Below, in pieces: positions 63,170 through 64,000 of a stretch of 64,000 nucleotides of DNA. Made by a program: the position numbers and the translations under genes. Below the pieces are notes generated by a model. It was not told the DNA's origin, did no database searches, and worked only from the letters and a program-made list of their open reading frames with translations. The stretch's first letter is position 1. Each line of letters begins with the position of its first letter. This stretch comes from Chiloscyllium plagiosum (Eukaryota): NCBI RefSeq assembly GCF_004010195.1, contig NC_057718.1, positions 26,101,341-26,165,340 of the forward strand, given 5' to 3'.

Positions 63170-63707
63170 TTGTGACAATGTTGGTCCTTCAACAAGATTG
63201 GGTTGTCCTTGGTTATCTTCAAAAGGATTGTACGAGGCAGAGTAGCCTATTTGTCTGGGTTTCAGACTCTTTAATTAGAGCTAAGAGATTGCCTAAGGCC
63301 ATAAAAAGGCTGAAGGCTTTCAAGTTTTAAAAAAACACACTTATACAATGACAGGAGAGTGGCCAGTTCTCCCAGCTCAACTTACCTCTGAATTGTTTTG
63401 GTTTTCGCAGTCTGGCAGTCCAGAGCAGCTAGGAGAAAGTGAGGTCTGCAGATGCTGGAGATCAGAGTCGAGAGTGTGGTGCTGGAAAAGCACAGCAGGT
63501 CAGAAACATTCCTGATGAAGGACATGCCGGAAACATCGATTGTCTGGCTCCTCAGATACTGCCTGACCTGCTTTGCTTTTCCAGCACCATTGACCAGAGC
63601 GGCTGCTTAGTTTAAGCTGGGGAATCCACAGAAACAGCTACAGTGGAAGGAGGTTCCATGCTAAGTCTCTCTAAGTGTCTGATTTTACCTTTTCGCCAAA
63701 GGGACAG
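63170..63707 (+). mobile_element. LTR-like element 5' part, interrupted by a PLE and a CR1
   Basis: GAGTGGCCAGTTCTC resembles GTGTGGCCAGCTCTC at about 1200 in the first LTR-like element. Confidence 0.35.
63431..63593. mobile_element. Inverted Penelope-like terminal fragment
   Basis: Near-TSD CCAGAGC(A/G)GCT at 63420-63430 and 63594-63604. Degenerate hammerhead at 63512-63537. Confidence 0.85.
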
Positions 63708-64000
63708 TTATAGAGCCATAGACTCATAGAGATGTACAGCATGGAAATAGACCCTTCGGTCCATGCCGACCAGATATCCCAACACAATCTAGTCCCACCT
63801 GCCAGCACCCAGCCAAACCTTTCTCCATTCATATACCCATCCAAATGCCTCTTAAATGTTGCAATTGTACCAGCCTCCACCACATCCTCTGGCAGCTCAT
63901 TCCATACACGTACCACCCTCTGCGTGAAAAAGTTGCCCCTTAGGTCTCTTTTATATCTTTCCCCTCTCACCCTAAAACTATGCCCTCTAGCTCTGGACTC
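63708..64000 (-). mobile_element. CR1/HER1-type LINE 3' end (runs off the window)
   Basis: ORF 63671..63970 RGERYKRDLRGNFFTQRVVRVWNELPEDVVEAG. Confidence 0.93.

Noticed and set aside
5834..63593. Recurrent about 30-nt hairpin motif as a CRISPR repeat or prokaryotic terminator
   Set aside because: It is dispersed, in both orientations, has no regular spacers or cas genes, and is embedded in PLE termini in a vertebrate context.

Overview
This is eukaryotic, repeat-rich, intergenic or deep-intronic DNA. It is almost certainly from a cartilaginous fish (shark), inferred from HE1-type tRNA SINEs, Deu-domain (SacSINE1-like) SINEs and abundant CR1/HER1-type LINE fragments. I recognise no intact host gene, rRNA, tRNA gene or CRISPR array. 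Most entries in the ORF track are fragments of decayed transposons or chance ORFs, and there is a 462-N assembly gap at 51463-51924. The most striking signal is about 16 short Penelope-like element (PLE) insertions from at least 3 families. Many are arranged as inverted (hairpin) pairs and flanked by 8-19 bp target-site duplications. Their terminal repeat carries a minimal hammerhead-ribozyme motif (CUGANGA-A-stem II-GAAA-palindromic stem III-UH), intact in about 9 copies. Also present are solo LTRs, degenerate PIF/Harbinger remnants (Myb/SANT-like gene pieces), multi-layer nested insertions, a local 150-bp duplication, and a few candidate minus-strand exons with good splice signals that I cannot assign to a known gene. 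Repeat boundaries are read by eye and are approximate (about +/-10-30 bp) unless a TSD is quoted.
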